Positions 24,618 to 36,925 of a stretch of DNA of 64,000 nt are shown in pieces. Position numbers and translations under genes: made by a program. The number at the start of each line of letters is the position of its first letter. Position 1 is the stretch's first letter. Below the pieces are notes generated by a model. It saw only the letters and a list, made by a program, of their open reading frames with translations. It was not told where the DNA came from and made no database searches. This DNA comes from Eremomyces bilateralis CBS 781.70 (taxonomy: Eukaryota): NCBI GenBank assembly GCA_010015585.1, contig ML975155.1. One strand, given 5' to 3'.

Positions 24618-25313
24618 TCATACCCTGTAGCTGAACCCTGCCCAACGACACACTTGTTGAACTTGTACCCTTTTGGTATGACTCAGCGGATCAAGGCCCC
24701 TGCATGTGACGGGGGCGTCAAGTTAGGATCCACTATGTACTAACTATGTACAGCTCTACGTATTAATACTTGGTACGGGACTGTAACTATCCACTTCCAC
24801 CACGCTGAACGACTCACGACGACAACGACCACAATCACGACATACCCATAGACCTCTCCGTTATTCTCTCTGTTACTTTCACATATTTACTTCATCATCT
24901 ATCATATCACGCCCATCTTGCTCCCCCCGTCTTCCCTCTTCTCTCCATTATTCTGCAGCTAAGCACTCCATCAGTGATAAGCTGCCGCATACCGAACAAG
25001 CAACACATCACTCTCAGAAGAATGAACGATCACCCACTGTGAACAAGTTGAAACTTAACCCGGAATCTTGTTTGGGAGAACCATCTTTCATTATTGTTGT
25101 ACGACCGATCCTCATCAAGTCCAGTTTTGGAGGCTGTGCGGCAAGACCCTACAAACAGGCAGCAGTGAGATCCCTTCAGGCCTGCTTGAAGTAGGAAGTC
25201 CCTTGAAAGCTTTTATTGAATCCATTCCAGCGATTTCAAGCCGACAACAGTCCGTGCCGTTGTTTTGGTCTCCAAAGGCTTGCTTGCTATACCTACGAAA
25301 CCCGAATGAGACC

Positions 25314-28300
25314 ATGAGCACCTCCGCCTCCCCGCATCCAAATGGACAGAACCATGATAGAGAAGACGGCCAAATTAGCGATGGAGGACATCAAGGGAAT
25401 GATGAAGCCTCTTCCGCTGACCATGAGCACCATGAGCTCGACTCCGACTCGGACGATGCCATGGATACAACTCCAGACATGACACCGATCCCCGGCACCG
25501 CCGAAGGTCAAGCCGCCGAAGACAATCACGAAGCAACCGTTCATGATCCCACCAATCCAGTAGATGCACCACCATTTGCTACCATTCCGCCTCCCGTCCT
25601 CGTTTCTGCCACCTCACCAGGCTCACATCACTCGACCCTTCCCCCGAATAGCAACCGTGGTACTCCTGTGCCGCCGTCACCGCATCCTGATGCAGCGCCT
25701 CCGAATCCACCCGACAGAAGCGAAGATGAAGACGATAGCGACACTGAAGACGAGGACGACGATTATATCTGGCAGCCGATCGTAGAAGATACCACCCCGC
25801 CGGATGAGCATGAACTGCGGGAGATCGAGAGACTGGGGGAGAGAAGCGCACTTGAACGTGGGATAAGATCACCGCTGCCTACAAGTGTCGAGGCTAACGG
25901 GAATTTTCTAGGAGGCCACTGGGAAAAGCAGACATTCACCGCCCTTGAGGACCCCGAGTACACATCATCTGACTCAGGCCATATTGACTGGCCAATCGAG
26001 CACTTTAATGGGACAGCGGAAAATCCAAATCGAGAGTTGTTGATGAGGTCTCCGATGGTTCGGATTGGGAACCACGAGTGGCAGATCAAGTTATACCCGC
26101 GTGGGAACGACTCGGATTACCTGAGTGTCTACATTGAATGTACCACCCTGTCCTCGTCGGACGCGCACAACGAATCCGGTTCAGAATCAGGCTCCTCGTC
26201 GACCCTTCCTGACACCCCTAACGAGGGCCCTTTCGTGCACCATCCGATTACTGCCCTCCCAGGAACTCCTCCGATTGAGGCCGGGACTGCAGTCCCCGCC
26301 CAGGTTTCTGTAATCGTATACAATCCTTCCAATCCCACCGCCTGGCAGTTCCATTGCGCTCGCCACCGTTTCACGAAGAACTCCCCGGATTGGGGCTGGA
26401 CACGGTTTTGTGGCCCTCGACGGGAACTTGGGATGAGAACGCGGACTCGTCAGGCTCCACTGCTGCAGAAAGATAGGCTTGCCCTGCGAGCCATGATCCG
26501 GGTCGTCGATGACCAGACCGGAGTGCTGTGGGAGCACGGCCCCGGGACCTCGGGAAGCTCTGGTGGTGCCGACACTCACCATGACGAGGAAGACGTGCGA
26601 GATGAGCCAGTGTGGGACAGTGTCAAGATGACTGGACTGCGTGGTCTGACGGCGGAGCCTGGGGGCGATCCTACCGGTTGGGACCGACCGCGTCGAGGAG
26701 TCATTTATGGGGGCAATTTAGTGGCAGCAGTCTCTTCGTGGATGTTGTTCAAGCCCTTCCGCCAACTCCTGTACAGCATTCCCGTTCCGAACCCAGTCGG
26801 AAACGCGCCGGCGAGATGCATGCCTATGGTTGTAGCCCTTCAAAAGATTGTCATCTCGCTTCGGACACCCAAATTGGGCGCCTGGCCAGTGAGCTTAGAG
26901 CCACTTCAAGATGCTTGGGCGTGGTATGGAATGGACGAGTGTATTGAGAAGTGGGATGTGGTGGAGGTGTGGGAGATGATTCGTCTCAAGCTGATAGAAG
27001 AATTCTCACTCATCGATCCCCAAGCCCCCGACAAGGTCGCCAATTTGATCGGCGATTGGGCCCAAATGAAGCCTACCACTACTCCTAAATCATTGCGTGT
27101 CTCCATCCGAGGGCGAACGAGCATTCAGAATGCTTTAAACAAGACGCTCCGAAAGCTTCCCGAAGGCATCGTAAAACCTGGGCTTCTTGCCATTGAGCTT
27201 CGAAGGCAAGAATACGACGAAAAGAAGAGGTCATGGGTGCGTGTGACTGATCGGGTCAAGATTGATGAGCACATATCATTCGGTGGCACCGGATACACAC
27301 TCTATGGACTGATCGTCCACAAAGGAGGGCTTCAGTCAGGGAACTACTACCCAGTCCTCCGACCCGAAGGCCCTGGTACAAAGTGGTATGCGTTCTTCGA
27401 TGAACGCGAGCACAGCAAGGTTACATGCCTTACCCAACGTCAAGCTATCGAGGCCCATGAAGGGTGGAAATCGTCCGACAAGAGAGGGGAGGCCGACCCG
27501 GTCGCGTACATCGCCCTCTACATACATGACGACATCTGCGCAGCCGCTTTCGACAGCAAAATTGAGCCTGCCTGGAACATTCCATCATGGATTATAGAAG
27601 AGATAGACAGGTCTCAACGGCCCTGGTCATTTGATGAGGATGTTGCAATGTCAGACCCTGCTCACACAGGACTCCCGCCACCTATGCCACCTGCAAATGG
27701 TATCAAACTAAAGGCGAAGGAGCCTGGAGAGGACACAATAGTCGACTTCAAAATCATCAGTTCCAGGGCTTTCTGCGACCATAGCGGTCCCGGAATAATC
27801 GACGTGTTTGACCCAAAATGGACTCCTGGCAGCAACGAACATGTCTACAAGCTATCGGTGAAGTCCACGGCCACTCTCAAGGACATCCGAAAGGCGATTG
27901 CTAGGATCGTGAAAGGTATCTCCGACCCCGAGCAGTGCAAGCTTTGGATGCTCGATTCATATCTAGGGACGGAATTGCGCCCCACCCTACTATTAAGAGG
28001 AAATCCGGAGATATCAGGCGGGCCCATGGCAGTTATGGACTGGACGGCAGCTAAGCTCCAGACCCAAAGTTCGGAGCGGACCATTTGGCTACACGTTGTT
28101 GATAGCCCCCAGGACCCGGAGTCTTCGAATTCAGCAACCCCATCCAAAAACACCATCAGCCAGCGAACCGACCGAGTGACCGAGCCTACTGCTAGTCAGA
28201 ACGGGGCGGATGACGGTTCGACCATACCGAATGAAGATACAGTGATGAGCGATGCTCCTAGCGAAAATGACAACGAGGTAGTGCCTCCCATAGTTGAGGC

Positions 28301-29324
28301 CCCACCTGACGCTATTGAGACATTGATCCAATTGGGCGTGAATGGCGACTTGGAAACCTGGACGACACCGCCGCCATTTCCTCCAGGAACCTCGGCGCCA
28401 CCTCCACCGATTCCTCAAAGCGTGCGAACGCTCATGGCCGTGTCGGCTGTGCCGCCAATGCCTCTTGCGCCTCCCTCGTCCGTTGACGATGTTTACTTCT
28501 TCTTGAAAGTATTCGATCACGACTCTCAACAACTCCGGTGTCACGGCAGCTATATCGCCAAAAAGCAATGGAGAGCGGACGTCACGATTCTCAAGATTCT
28601 CGGGCTTCCAGACAAGAGCGCCGTCAAATTTTATGAAGAGGAGGATCTCGGAACCGCCACACCGATTCACGCAAAAAGGCACACGTTCAGCCAGGCGGCT
28701 ATCCACGGGAACAGCATCGTGATAGCACATCCCAACCCTCCAGACGACGTACAGAAGCGAGCCTTGGCTGAGCGAGGGGCATTCCATGAACCCGAAGCCT
28801 ATCTCCAGGCTCAAGTCGAACTGCGGAATTTCGCCGACATGGCCTCCGGGAACTTCACGTTCGACTATTTTTCGGCCGAGCAGTACGAAGGCGAAGTGCG
28901 CTTCCGCATACCCCACGGGCTCGGCAAGAAGACCTACTTCTCCGGAGACATCTACGAAGGTTCCTTCGTCCTCGGCAAGCGCAGCGGCCGTGGAATCATG
29001 ATATATGCCAATGGGGACCGGTACGACGGCGAGTGGCTGAACGACTCGAAGGATGGCAATGGAACGTTTATCGAATCATCCACCGGGAACGCTTATGAAG
29101 GGGGCTGGAAGAACGACCGACGGTTTGGCGAAGGGGTGACGAAATGGAAGGTCGCTCAAGAGATGGAAAGGATGTGCCGTGTTTGCTGGGAGGAGGCAGC
29201 CGATGCTGCTTTCTACGACTGCGGCCACGTAGTTGCCTGCCTCCCCTGCGCGAAACGCATGGACAACTGCCCGGTCTGTCGACGGCGGGTCGTGAACAGT
29301 ATGAAACTTTATTATGTCAGTTGA
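25314..29324 (+). CDS. MATH + USP/UCH-like (probably inactive) + MORN repeats + C-terminal C3HC4 RING protein
   Basis: Likely start at 25314 (accATGa). In-frame 54-nt intron at 25858-25911. MATH (WQIKLYPRGNDSDYLSVYIEC..DWGWTRF), USP-like His-box region (YTLYGLIVHKG..WYAF), MORN repeats (YEGEV..HGLG; YEGSF..SGRG; YDGEW..DGNG; YEGGW) and RING (CRVC..CGHVVACLPC..CPVCR). Confidence 0.9.
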   Translation: MSTSASPHPNGQNHDREDGQISDGGHQGNDEASSADHEHHELDSDSDDAMDTTPDMTPIPGTAEGQAAEDNHEATVHDPTNPVDAPPFATIPPPVLVSATSPGSHHSTLPPNSNRGTPVPPSPHPDAAPPNPPDRSEDEDDSDTEDEDDDYIWQPIVEDTTPPDEHELREIERLGERSALERGIRSPLPTSVEANGNFLGGHWEKQTFTALEDPEYTSSDSGHIDWPIEHFNGTAENPNRELLMRSPMVRIGNHEWQIKLYPRGNDSDYLSVYIECTTLSSSDAHNESGSESGSSSTLPDTPNEGPFVHHPITALPGTPPIEAGTAVPAQVSVIVYNPSNPTAWQFHCARHRFTKNSPDWGWTRFCGPRRELGMRTRTRQAPLLQKDRLALRAMIRVVDDQTGVLWEHGPGTSGSSGGADTHHDEEDVRDEPVWDSVKMTGLRGLTAEPGGDPTGWDRPRRGVIYGGNLVAAVSSWMLFKPFRQLLYSIPVPNPVGNAPARCMPMVVALQKIVISLRTPKLGAWPVSLEPLQDAWAWYGMDECIEKWDVVEVWEMIRLKLIEEFSLIDPQAPDKVANLIGDWAQMKPTTTPKSLRVSIRGRTSIQNALNKTLRKLPEGIVKPGLLAIELRRQEYDEKKRSWVRVTDRVKIDEHISFGGTGYTLYGLIVHKGGLQSGNYYPVLRPEGPGTKWYAFFDEREHSKVTCLTQRQAIEAHEGWKSSDKRGEADPVAYIALYIHDDICAAAFDSKIEPAWNIPSWIIEEIDRSQRPWSFDEDVAMSDPAHTGLPPPMPPANGIKLKAKEPGEDTIVDFKIISSRAFCDHSGPGIIDVFDPKWTPGSNEHVYKLSVKSTATLKDIRKAIARIVKGISDPEQCKLWMLDSYLGTELRPTLLLRGNPEISGGPMAVMDWTAAKLQTQSSERTIWLHVVDSPQDPESSNSATPSKNTISQRTDRVTEPTASQNGADDGSTIPNEDTVMSDAPSENDNEVVPPIVEAPPDAIETLIQLGVNGDLETWTTPPPFPPGTSAPPPPIPQSVRTLMAVSAVPPMPLAPPSSVDDVYFFLKVFDHDSQQLRCHGSYIAKKQWRADVTILKILGLPDKSAVKFYEEEDLGTATPIHAKRHTFSQAAIHGNSIVIAHPNPPDDVQKRALAERGAFHEPEAYLQAQVELRNFADMASGNFTFDYFSAEQYEGEVRFRIPHGLGKKTYFSGDIYEGSFVLGKRSGRGIMIYANGDRYDGEWLNDSKDGNGTFIESSTGNAYEGGWKNDRRFGEGVTKWKVAQEMERMCRVCWEEAADAAFYDCGHVVACLPCAKRMDNCPVCRRRVVNSMKLYYVS

Positions 29325-30657
29325 GCACCAGATATTTGGACCTCCACTTTGCCACGACTCCTCCAACGACTCCCTTCCGATGTTCTGGTATCTGCAAAGT
29401 GGACGGAATCAATCGATTAGCAATGGCGAAAGGGGAAGATGATTTTCCTTGGGCATATCGACCACTTCAGATGGCGCTCGTGGGATTGCTCGCGGAGCCA
29501 TCGTCGGGTAGATATATGGTAATACGTTTTTCAATGGCAATCCTTGGTGAAATTATTCCAAATTGAGGAGGTTAAATTTCGTCTCATTTCTCATTCGGGC
29601 ATGCAATTACCTACAGATATCTTGCTTTCATCCCACTTGACCACATAGTGTCTGGTTGTCTTGACCTGAAGCCTGGAGGGGCACCCAGGCTGCTGCAATG
29701 CAAGCATGGATGTCCTACATAAAATCATGAGTCAGGTAGACAGTTCAGCCGATGAAGTATCAAGTCATGCGTAACAAACCAACCACCGGAAGTCCAAACA
29801 GCAGTTAACAGCTCGAACGCGACGTGAGCGACCTGGAATGGGAATAATAATTGATAATATTTACTAAGTACCTCCATTCATCTAACCGAATGGCTGGTCA
29901 CTGGTATGACTGGACCGAAAGGGCTAAAGCTAAAGAACCAACACTCCAGCCACGTGGTGCCACGTTCCCCCTAAGGCCTGGCTACAAAATCGGTACAAAG
30001 CTGCTCCGTAAAATTCCACCATCCTTCCTTGATCTACACCATGCGTATCGGCCGACTTCTGTATGGTATACTCACGCGGTGGCGCTGCCAGGTCAGCGTT
30101 CATCTGATGCGTTCATGCGTCTATGGCTCATGCAGCGTCCGCCAGTTCATCGTTCTGTTGTCAACGCCACGGCACAGGGCCGTACCGTTGCCGTTTTTGA
30201 CACGCAGGCTCTGCCAGGCATGCCATCATATGCCCTAATCTGGTATTAAGCCAGCTTGGATGTATGTTGCAGGCTTAAGCTCCCCCCTCCACCGTTCATA
30301 TGCCGCCAGCGGCCAGCCCGGAAGGACGGGCAAACCACGGGAGGGAGGGACCGAGCCGTGCTCCGGGGATTCCCCAGCGCATCTGGAATTCTGGATCTTC
30401 AACTTCAATCCCTCTAGCACTCCTGCCAGAAGAAGGGAATGTTGCGGCTAGTTGACTCGACATTGTTCCCGTAAACCCATTTTTATTGCCGGGACTCTCC
30501 AGACGCATGGATCCGAGTCTTTACACTAATAGCGTCAATCGATAGGTTTCTCACCAAGCTCTTGGGGGCAAAGATCTCGTCTGGTCTTCTCAAACACACC
30601 GACCCCTGCAAGGTTTAGATAATGTTGGTGGCTTCCATGGTCCTCCATTTCCTACTA

Positions 30658-30830
30658 CAGTCAACCTTCGCTATAACGATTGAATCCGTACAGGCGAATC
30701 CAATCGTTATAACGCGGATATCGCTAAAACGAATTTTCTTGGCTGCATTGATTGAGAATCCGTGCAGGGAATCTTATCGCTATAACGCGAATATCGCTGT
30801 AGCGGTAATCGTTATAGCGGTGGTTGACTG
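30658..30830. mobile_element. 173-bp MITE, Tc1/mariner superfamily (pogo/Tigger-like CAGT termini)
   Basis: 24-bp TIRs CAGTCAACCTTCGCTATAACGATT (30658-30681) and AATCGTTATAGCGGTGGTTGACTG (30807-30830), 22/24 match. TA on both flanks (30656-57, 30831-32). Too short to encode a transposase. Confidence 0.88.
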
Positions 30831-33800
30831 TATAGTCTCCGAGCGGCTTCTAGTTTTCGTGGATGCCGTCATCGATACAATTACATGCCGCACTTGTGAT
30901 GTGTCTCGTAAATTGCCTCGCTGGCACTTGAGTAACAAGGACCAGGTTCCGTTGGTGGTCAGCCCTGGGCTAAAAAGGGAAGTCCAGCGGCTCAATTCCT
31001 CGTGAAAGGGACAGTCGGCAAGGAGATCATCAATTGCGGTTCGTGTTCGCCTAAAGCATTAGTCCATCATGTCCTTGGCTTGCTTTCCGTCAAGTTCTGA
31101 GTCTCTTTTGGTCGTCCCTCTTTCCATTTCGAAAGTTACAACAATTCCTTAACGGCAGACCGTATCAGGATACGCTCGGAATTTTCTGTGTCAGCTTCTT
31201 GATAGCATGGCCGTTTATCGAATCTACCAGCAGTCGCTTTTTATCTTTTCTCTTTTCCGTCTCCTAGGGGTAGTTAGGACCTAGCTATCAGCATCACAGC
31301 GCCCTGGCTTACCCATACTTCCTGTCATTGCCCTCACTTGTCATCATTTGCCATTCATTTATAAGTATTCGTCGTTCTAGCTTAAGTTCCGCGACGTCTT
31401 GTATGCCTGGCTCATATGCTGCGGATACATGTTGCCGGTCGTGCACCAGTCTGTGCTTATCGTTCGTGATGCCGTAGTTGAGTCGAACCATCCAATTGAT
31501 AGGCTTTTATGACTGTTTATTCCGCCCGAAACCTATGACTAACCGCACGGCCAGACAATTCGAAGCATTACCATCCAGTGCCATTCATTCCGACAACAGG
31601 CAAGGTTCTCATTCTCCTATCATCGAAACGAACATTCGGAACATCACGATCGGCTTCCGCTGCTCCAATGCACCTCTTGTTGCCGTTCAGAATCCCTAGG
31701 CGAGCCGTGGACCTTTTCAATCCTTTCAAATATATAGCAGAGCCTGACCGGAGTCGGCCGGAGACTAGCGGGGAGCTCTGGAAGTGTCTTCCTCCGGGTA
31801 CATCCCACCGGTCTACCAGAACGGTAGCACCACAGACAACAGCATTTTGTATAGTGGATGGCGATCCGCAGATAATGTAGGGGCTTGATTGCGTCCGGTG
31901 GGTCGAGCTATCTGGAGGGAGGATCCTGACTTCGCATGGCGCTGTCACGATTGATTGTGACCTTTGCCAGCTCCTAGAGAACTGGTTAACTTCATAAAAT
32001 AATAAGATGCACAGAGTGATGACCAACATCCTATTCAATACGGTAGCGAGAGTTACCCAAGCAGCGCATCTCAGACGTTTGCTGGCCTTCTCCTGTAGCT
32101 TTTGAAATCAAACTTCATGATCAAACTCCCTCCGAGATTGTACTATTCGCTCTCATGAGCCCTTTTGAAGAGCCAAAATTCTTCGGTCAGACGTGACAGT
32201 CCTGATTAGACGTTTGTTATAGATTCTCATGATCCTGCGATAAGTAGGCTGTTTCCCAGCACTGATTCAGTCGACCAGTGGCCGTGCCAGAATCTCGGTG
32301 ATCAAATGATAATATATCTTCACCGCTTGCGTTATCCGCCGATAGATTCGACTTCATTCAGAGGCGGGGAATGTTGTGAAGCTTCGGTTGCGGAAAAGAT
32401 GGCGGGGCCTAAAGGCATCAAAGGACCAGGCTTCAAGGGGGCTGCAGTTAGCGAAGACTTGTGATCAGGAGATGTAGTTGGGACAGTGAATAAATACTCT
32501 GGATGCGGTGACGGATACCACTATCTGTATTTTGATGCAAATGAGACTTCGCTACTACGGAGTCTTAGAAAATCGCGTACATGGAGACTCCCTTGCACTC
32601 TGCTTCCACCTGACCAGGTCCTCCTTATACCAGCCCGTCACTGTGGCTGAATGACACTGAAATTCGACGTATAAGAAATCTTAGTTATACAATCAAAACC
32701 CTCCTTTCGGCCTATTTCCGAGTGCCACAAAAGCTAAACCGTGCATCACCTGGCCGAGCATATTCTTATGATCCAACTCCATTGCGCCTTTCTGTGCATC
32801 GTACGGCACCAACTTTCAATGCGTCAGACAATGGAGCTGTCCCCATTTCAAGCTGATCCAATGGAGGAGAATCCGCCAATAGTAGGGGAGCCCGCATCAG
32901 CGCGCTGGATAAGACGAATCGAATACAATAAATTAAAGAACTGTGGCCCCAGAAGAACGCCTCCGCTGGAAAACGCCAAGATGGCCGTCGTTTCTCCAAC
33001 ACTAATCTTCACTCGAAGATTGTTGAGCGGCATTGTAGAAGTACCGTAAAGCCACTTCTGCGCAGTCTTCCTTGCTCTGCTCGACAAAGGCACCGTCGTA
33101 CCAGAATCGAGCATTAAACTTCGTTCCTTGCACTTCTACCGAGGACGACCAAGCAGTGCGGCCGCCTGCGATGGTGTTAGCGCTGGCGTGTAACTAAATT
33201 GCGCAACCTGCATGACCAGGCCAATGATGGGGTCACGGTCAATCCGAATTCTATCGATATGAACCAACAAGTGGATCCACCACACTCGGGGAAGGGTGGC
33301 GGAGGTGATCTGGAGCCAGGAGAAAGCAAGGATTACTTGTCACGGCTGGGGCGCTTGCGGAATGGATTGAGGATGAAGGACATGCGGGCAACGAAGCAGT
33401 GCGGAGAAAATCAGACTTGCCTCTTCGATCCGACACAATTGAGTACACGGGACTTCGCCAGCCCCATTGAGTACAGTATTCTAACAGTCGCCGAGTTAGC
33501 CAAATGGATTAGCCAGAGGGCGAAGAGTAGTCTGCGACCAACCTTTCAGGGCATCTTGATGCCGGTTCCTTTGGGATGTGCTGTCCACAGACGACATGGA
33601 GCCGTTCGAATAGTAGCAGATGCTGGTCGGGGTTGAAGACATTTGAGTGAAGGCAGTGAAGGATGAAGGGTATTGAAGATGAATGGCCGACTCAACTCGT
33701 AGCTCGATCAGCAGAAGCAAGTAACGAATACTGATGACAGGACGAAAATTGGCCGATGGAAACCACTGCGGGACTATAGGATGTGAAAACGAAATCGCCG

Positions 33801-34935
33801 GGAGTCTCATGCAGCAGAAGTCATCTTATATCGGCCACTGCGCTGCACCCATTCAGCTGGATCCTCACACATTGCTTGTTTGACATCGCATCCTTCCCTC
33901 ATGCTGCTGCCCGAATATCAATCGTCCAAAATAAACGGGTTGGGCGAACCCTTCACGAGGATGGGTGCTGCGTTGGCCTCAATTACAGAATCTTTCCTCC
34001 TTAGCCACCCGGGCAGGCGTGGACATCCGCCCAAGTCTCTCGTCTTGATCCTAGGCAAGCATAATGAAACGACCTCGCTGCTCTACTCCATCACTCGGTC
34101 CCAGGTCATCCTAGTGAGGATCTTGACGTTAACACAAACGCATAAATGCCCCAAGGAATCCTTCCCTGCTGCCATCTCGTTGGTCCCTGGAAACGGCCAC
34201 CACGGAACTGACTGTACTCCGTTGACCGTAGCAATGGATGGCTGCATCTTAACGGGGGGTCCGGACAATTACTTTACAGTCTCGCTGCAGGGGCTGCTCT
34301 ACTGACGTGGCTCCATGTTGGAGTACGATGAAGAGAAGAATTAATACGATGCTTGTGATGCGTTGGCAGCGCGGTCGCGTTGTTGCCAACGAGGGCACAC
34401 GTATACGGCACTGCAGCCTCGCACGGGACGGTAGCCGTGGATATATCGGGTACCTACCGAATGTTTCATGCACCTTGCTTTGACTCTGATATCAGGTAAT
34501 ATTTGAGGTTGCACGCGTCCCAATTCCCCGGAAGACGTGAGACGGAGATGGGGCTTTCAAGGCAAACGAGGGAAGAGAGTCGAGAACCATGGTTATGGAT
34601 TTCAAGTTACCATGCCTGCAGTTGGATGGTTATCGTGCCACCTACTGATGGATTACCTGTACCTCCCGGATTGTACGTACCGATTGGTGCAGGCATATAT
34701 GAACACTTCAGTTCCACGTTCACAACCGAAAGGACTGGAGGTTTGCAGTTTACCAAGGACAGCAGGTGTAACTTCACGCTGTGAGGCGTTGGGCACGTGT
34801 GTTGGAATCCACCAGCTGCAACACACAGTCGCTCCCAATACAGGAACATTCGGGTCTGTCCATTCTGGCGGCAGGTAACCGAAACGCAAATGCAGAGACA
34901 AACTACTGCAAGACATCGCTTGCTGCATTTCAAGA

Positions 34936-34970
34936 TGGAATATTGGAATATTGGAATATTGGAATATTGG
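34936..34970. repeat. 8-bp tandem repeat (TGGAATAT)x4
   Basis: Read directly from the sequence. Confidence 0.85.
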
Positions 34971-35478
34971 GGAATTGGAGTGAGGCATCATCGTTCCTCG
35001 TCGCATTCCACTGCACAAGCAGCGTAGATCGTTGGGTATTATATTCCATACTCCCTACAGAAACCCCTTGGGTTGCCATGATTCATGTTATGATTCATGT
35101 CCTCATTGAATAATCACCGGCCCTGGACAAAGGATAGGCGCAGGCATTTCATTCAAGATCCTGATATGCGTCCCTCGAAAACCTCAAGGACCTCAATCCA
35201 TCAAAATCACCGAGTGCGTATGGAGGACCCCATCATCAATATCGAAAAGCCACGAACTCCCAAACACCAAACATGCAATGCCCTGGTTACATCTACTCCA
35301 TTGAGCAAACATCAAAACTGCCCCATTCCCCGTGGCAACTGGCCCAGTCCGTTGGGGAGGTGGGTCTCGTTTCGATCTCCCAGTGCCGGTACCACCACAA
35401 AACCAAGCAAGCCTACAGGTATCTACAAGAAGGTTACGGGTCCTGAGCCCAGTGCAATGAACGGGGAGATTAAGTTCA

Positions 35479-36925
35479 TCAATTCGGAGTCCGGTCGCCT
35501 CGGGCTTCGACGGACACACGACGCAGCGAAGTAGGATTGCCAGACGCAGTCCGACTGTGACCAGGACGGTGGAGAGCCTCGTTCAGGAGCCGCTTGGGTC
35601 CCACGAACTCCATATTCAACCGGAATGACGCGCTCCTGTATAGGGGGAGGATGAGTGGGCGCGACCGCTTCGCCCCGCTTCTTCTTTTCAAAGAATCGTC
35701 AACGAGGGCAATCAACCCGGTTGCAACGACGACACTGGTTCCCATGGTTAGCGTCGTGGAACGCACGGAGAAGCCTCATTTTCAACGTCACTTACTCAGA
35801 CACGTCCTGGGAGCTTTGCAAATCCTGATCCAAAAGTTCCATGATACAGGGGGAAATCCATCCCCCATTCCGTTGTTCGTGGCGGATTTGCGCCTCGCTC
35901 AAATGCAAAGGAGTGATGCGCGCAAGTTCATCGTCGCCATCCGAACGGAAAAGGTGGAATGATACCTCTTCTTCATCTCTATCGTTATCACGGGCGACAT
36001 GGCGTTTCCACTCGTAAAGGTAGCCCCAGTATTCGAACTCGTAGCGCTTTCCTTGTCCTGCACTGGCTCCCCTTCTTTTGAGATCCACAAGAGCATAATT
36101 GGAGAATTCCATCTTGATGGTGTTAGTTTCCGGCAGTGCCTTAGTGCTTGAGCCCGACGAAGAGAGACTCGACGTCTCGAGATCGAGGACTGGAGACGAT
36201 GCATAACCCGAGTCATGGCGCTTGGCGGCGAAAACGCCGTCTTTGGATCCAGGCTTGGGCCAGAAGTTGGCGAGGGCGCCTCCGAGTTTTTTTTGCAGAG
36301 GGGACCGCCCTTTGCCGTCGGCGACATTCTGATGTAAACGGCGCGATCGGCACACCTCACGCCCGCTATCGCGACAATACCGTCGGAACGACATCTCTCG
36401 ATCCCGAAGATCGTACATTCGGAGGTGAAAGAGGGTCAGCAGCCGTTTAGAGCCCCTCACCGTGACTTCGGAGTCGAGCCGGAGGTTCAGATTCCCATCG
36501 CTCGTGGAATCATCATGGCCAATCAGGAGCCGTTTGGAGGCGGGAAATACATCTGCAAAGTCTCGAGGGGTCGCGGCAATGGCAGAGGTCGGATGGATCG
36601 GACGCGGCTCGACTCTTATGTCGTATTCACTTTCGACTGAATCCTCTTCTTTGGGCTCTTCCTCCGATGCGATGGTGGACGTGTAAGTTACCACAGACGA
36701 ACGGCTGTCGAATCGTGGATCGGTTCTGTGACTTTGATGTTTCGCAACTCCTCGCCCTTCCAGCCGACCGTAACAAGTCTCGGACCGGGGAATATGGATT
36801 GGGCGAGAGTCCTCGGTTGGGGCGGTGCTATGTGTATCATAGGAACCAACACTACCTTTGGGCGCTGTGCTCGGGATGCTCGCGTCGCTCGGTTGCTGGT
36901 CTTTCCAGTGGATTTCGGTATTCAT
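35479..36925 (-). CDS. Hypothetical fungal protein
   Basis: Probable start at 36925 (the frame is open upstream to 37276). Intron 35735-35795 (GTAAGT..CTAAC..CAG) joins the two ORF-track ORFs in frame. Globular blocks HDDSTSDGNLNLRLD, LFHLRMYDL..RRYCRDSGREVC, YEFEYWG and VVATGLIALVDD. Confidence 0.8.

Noticed and set aside
25068..25313. N-terminal extension of the 1418-aa ORF
   Set aside because: Starts at TTG; the first ATG in good context is 25314.
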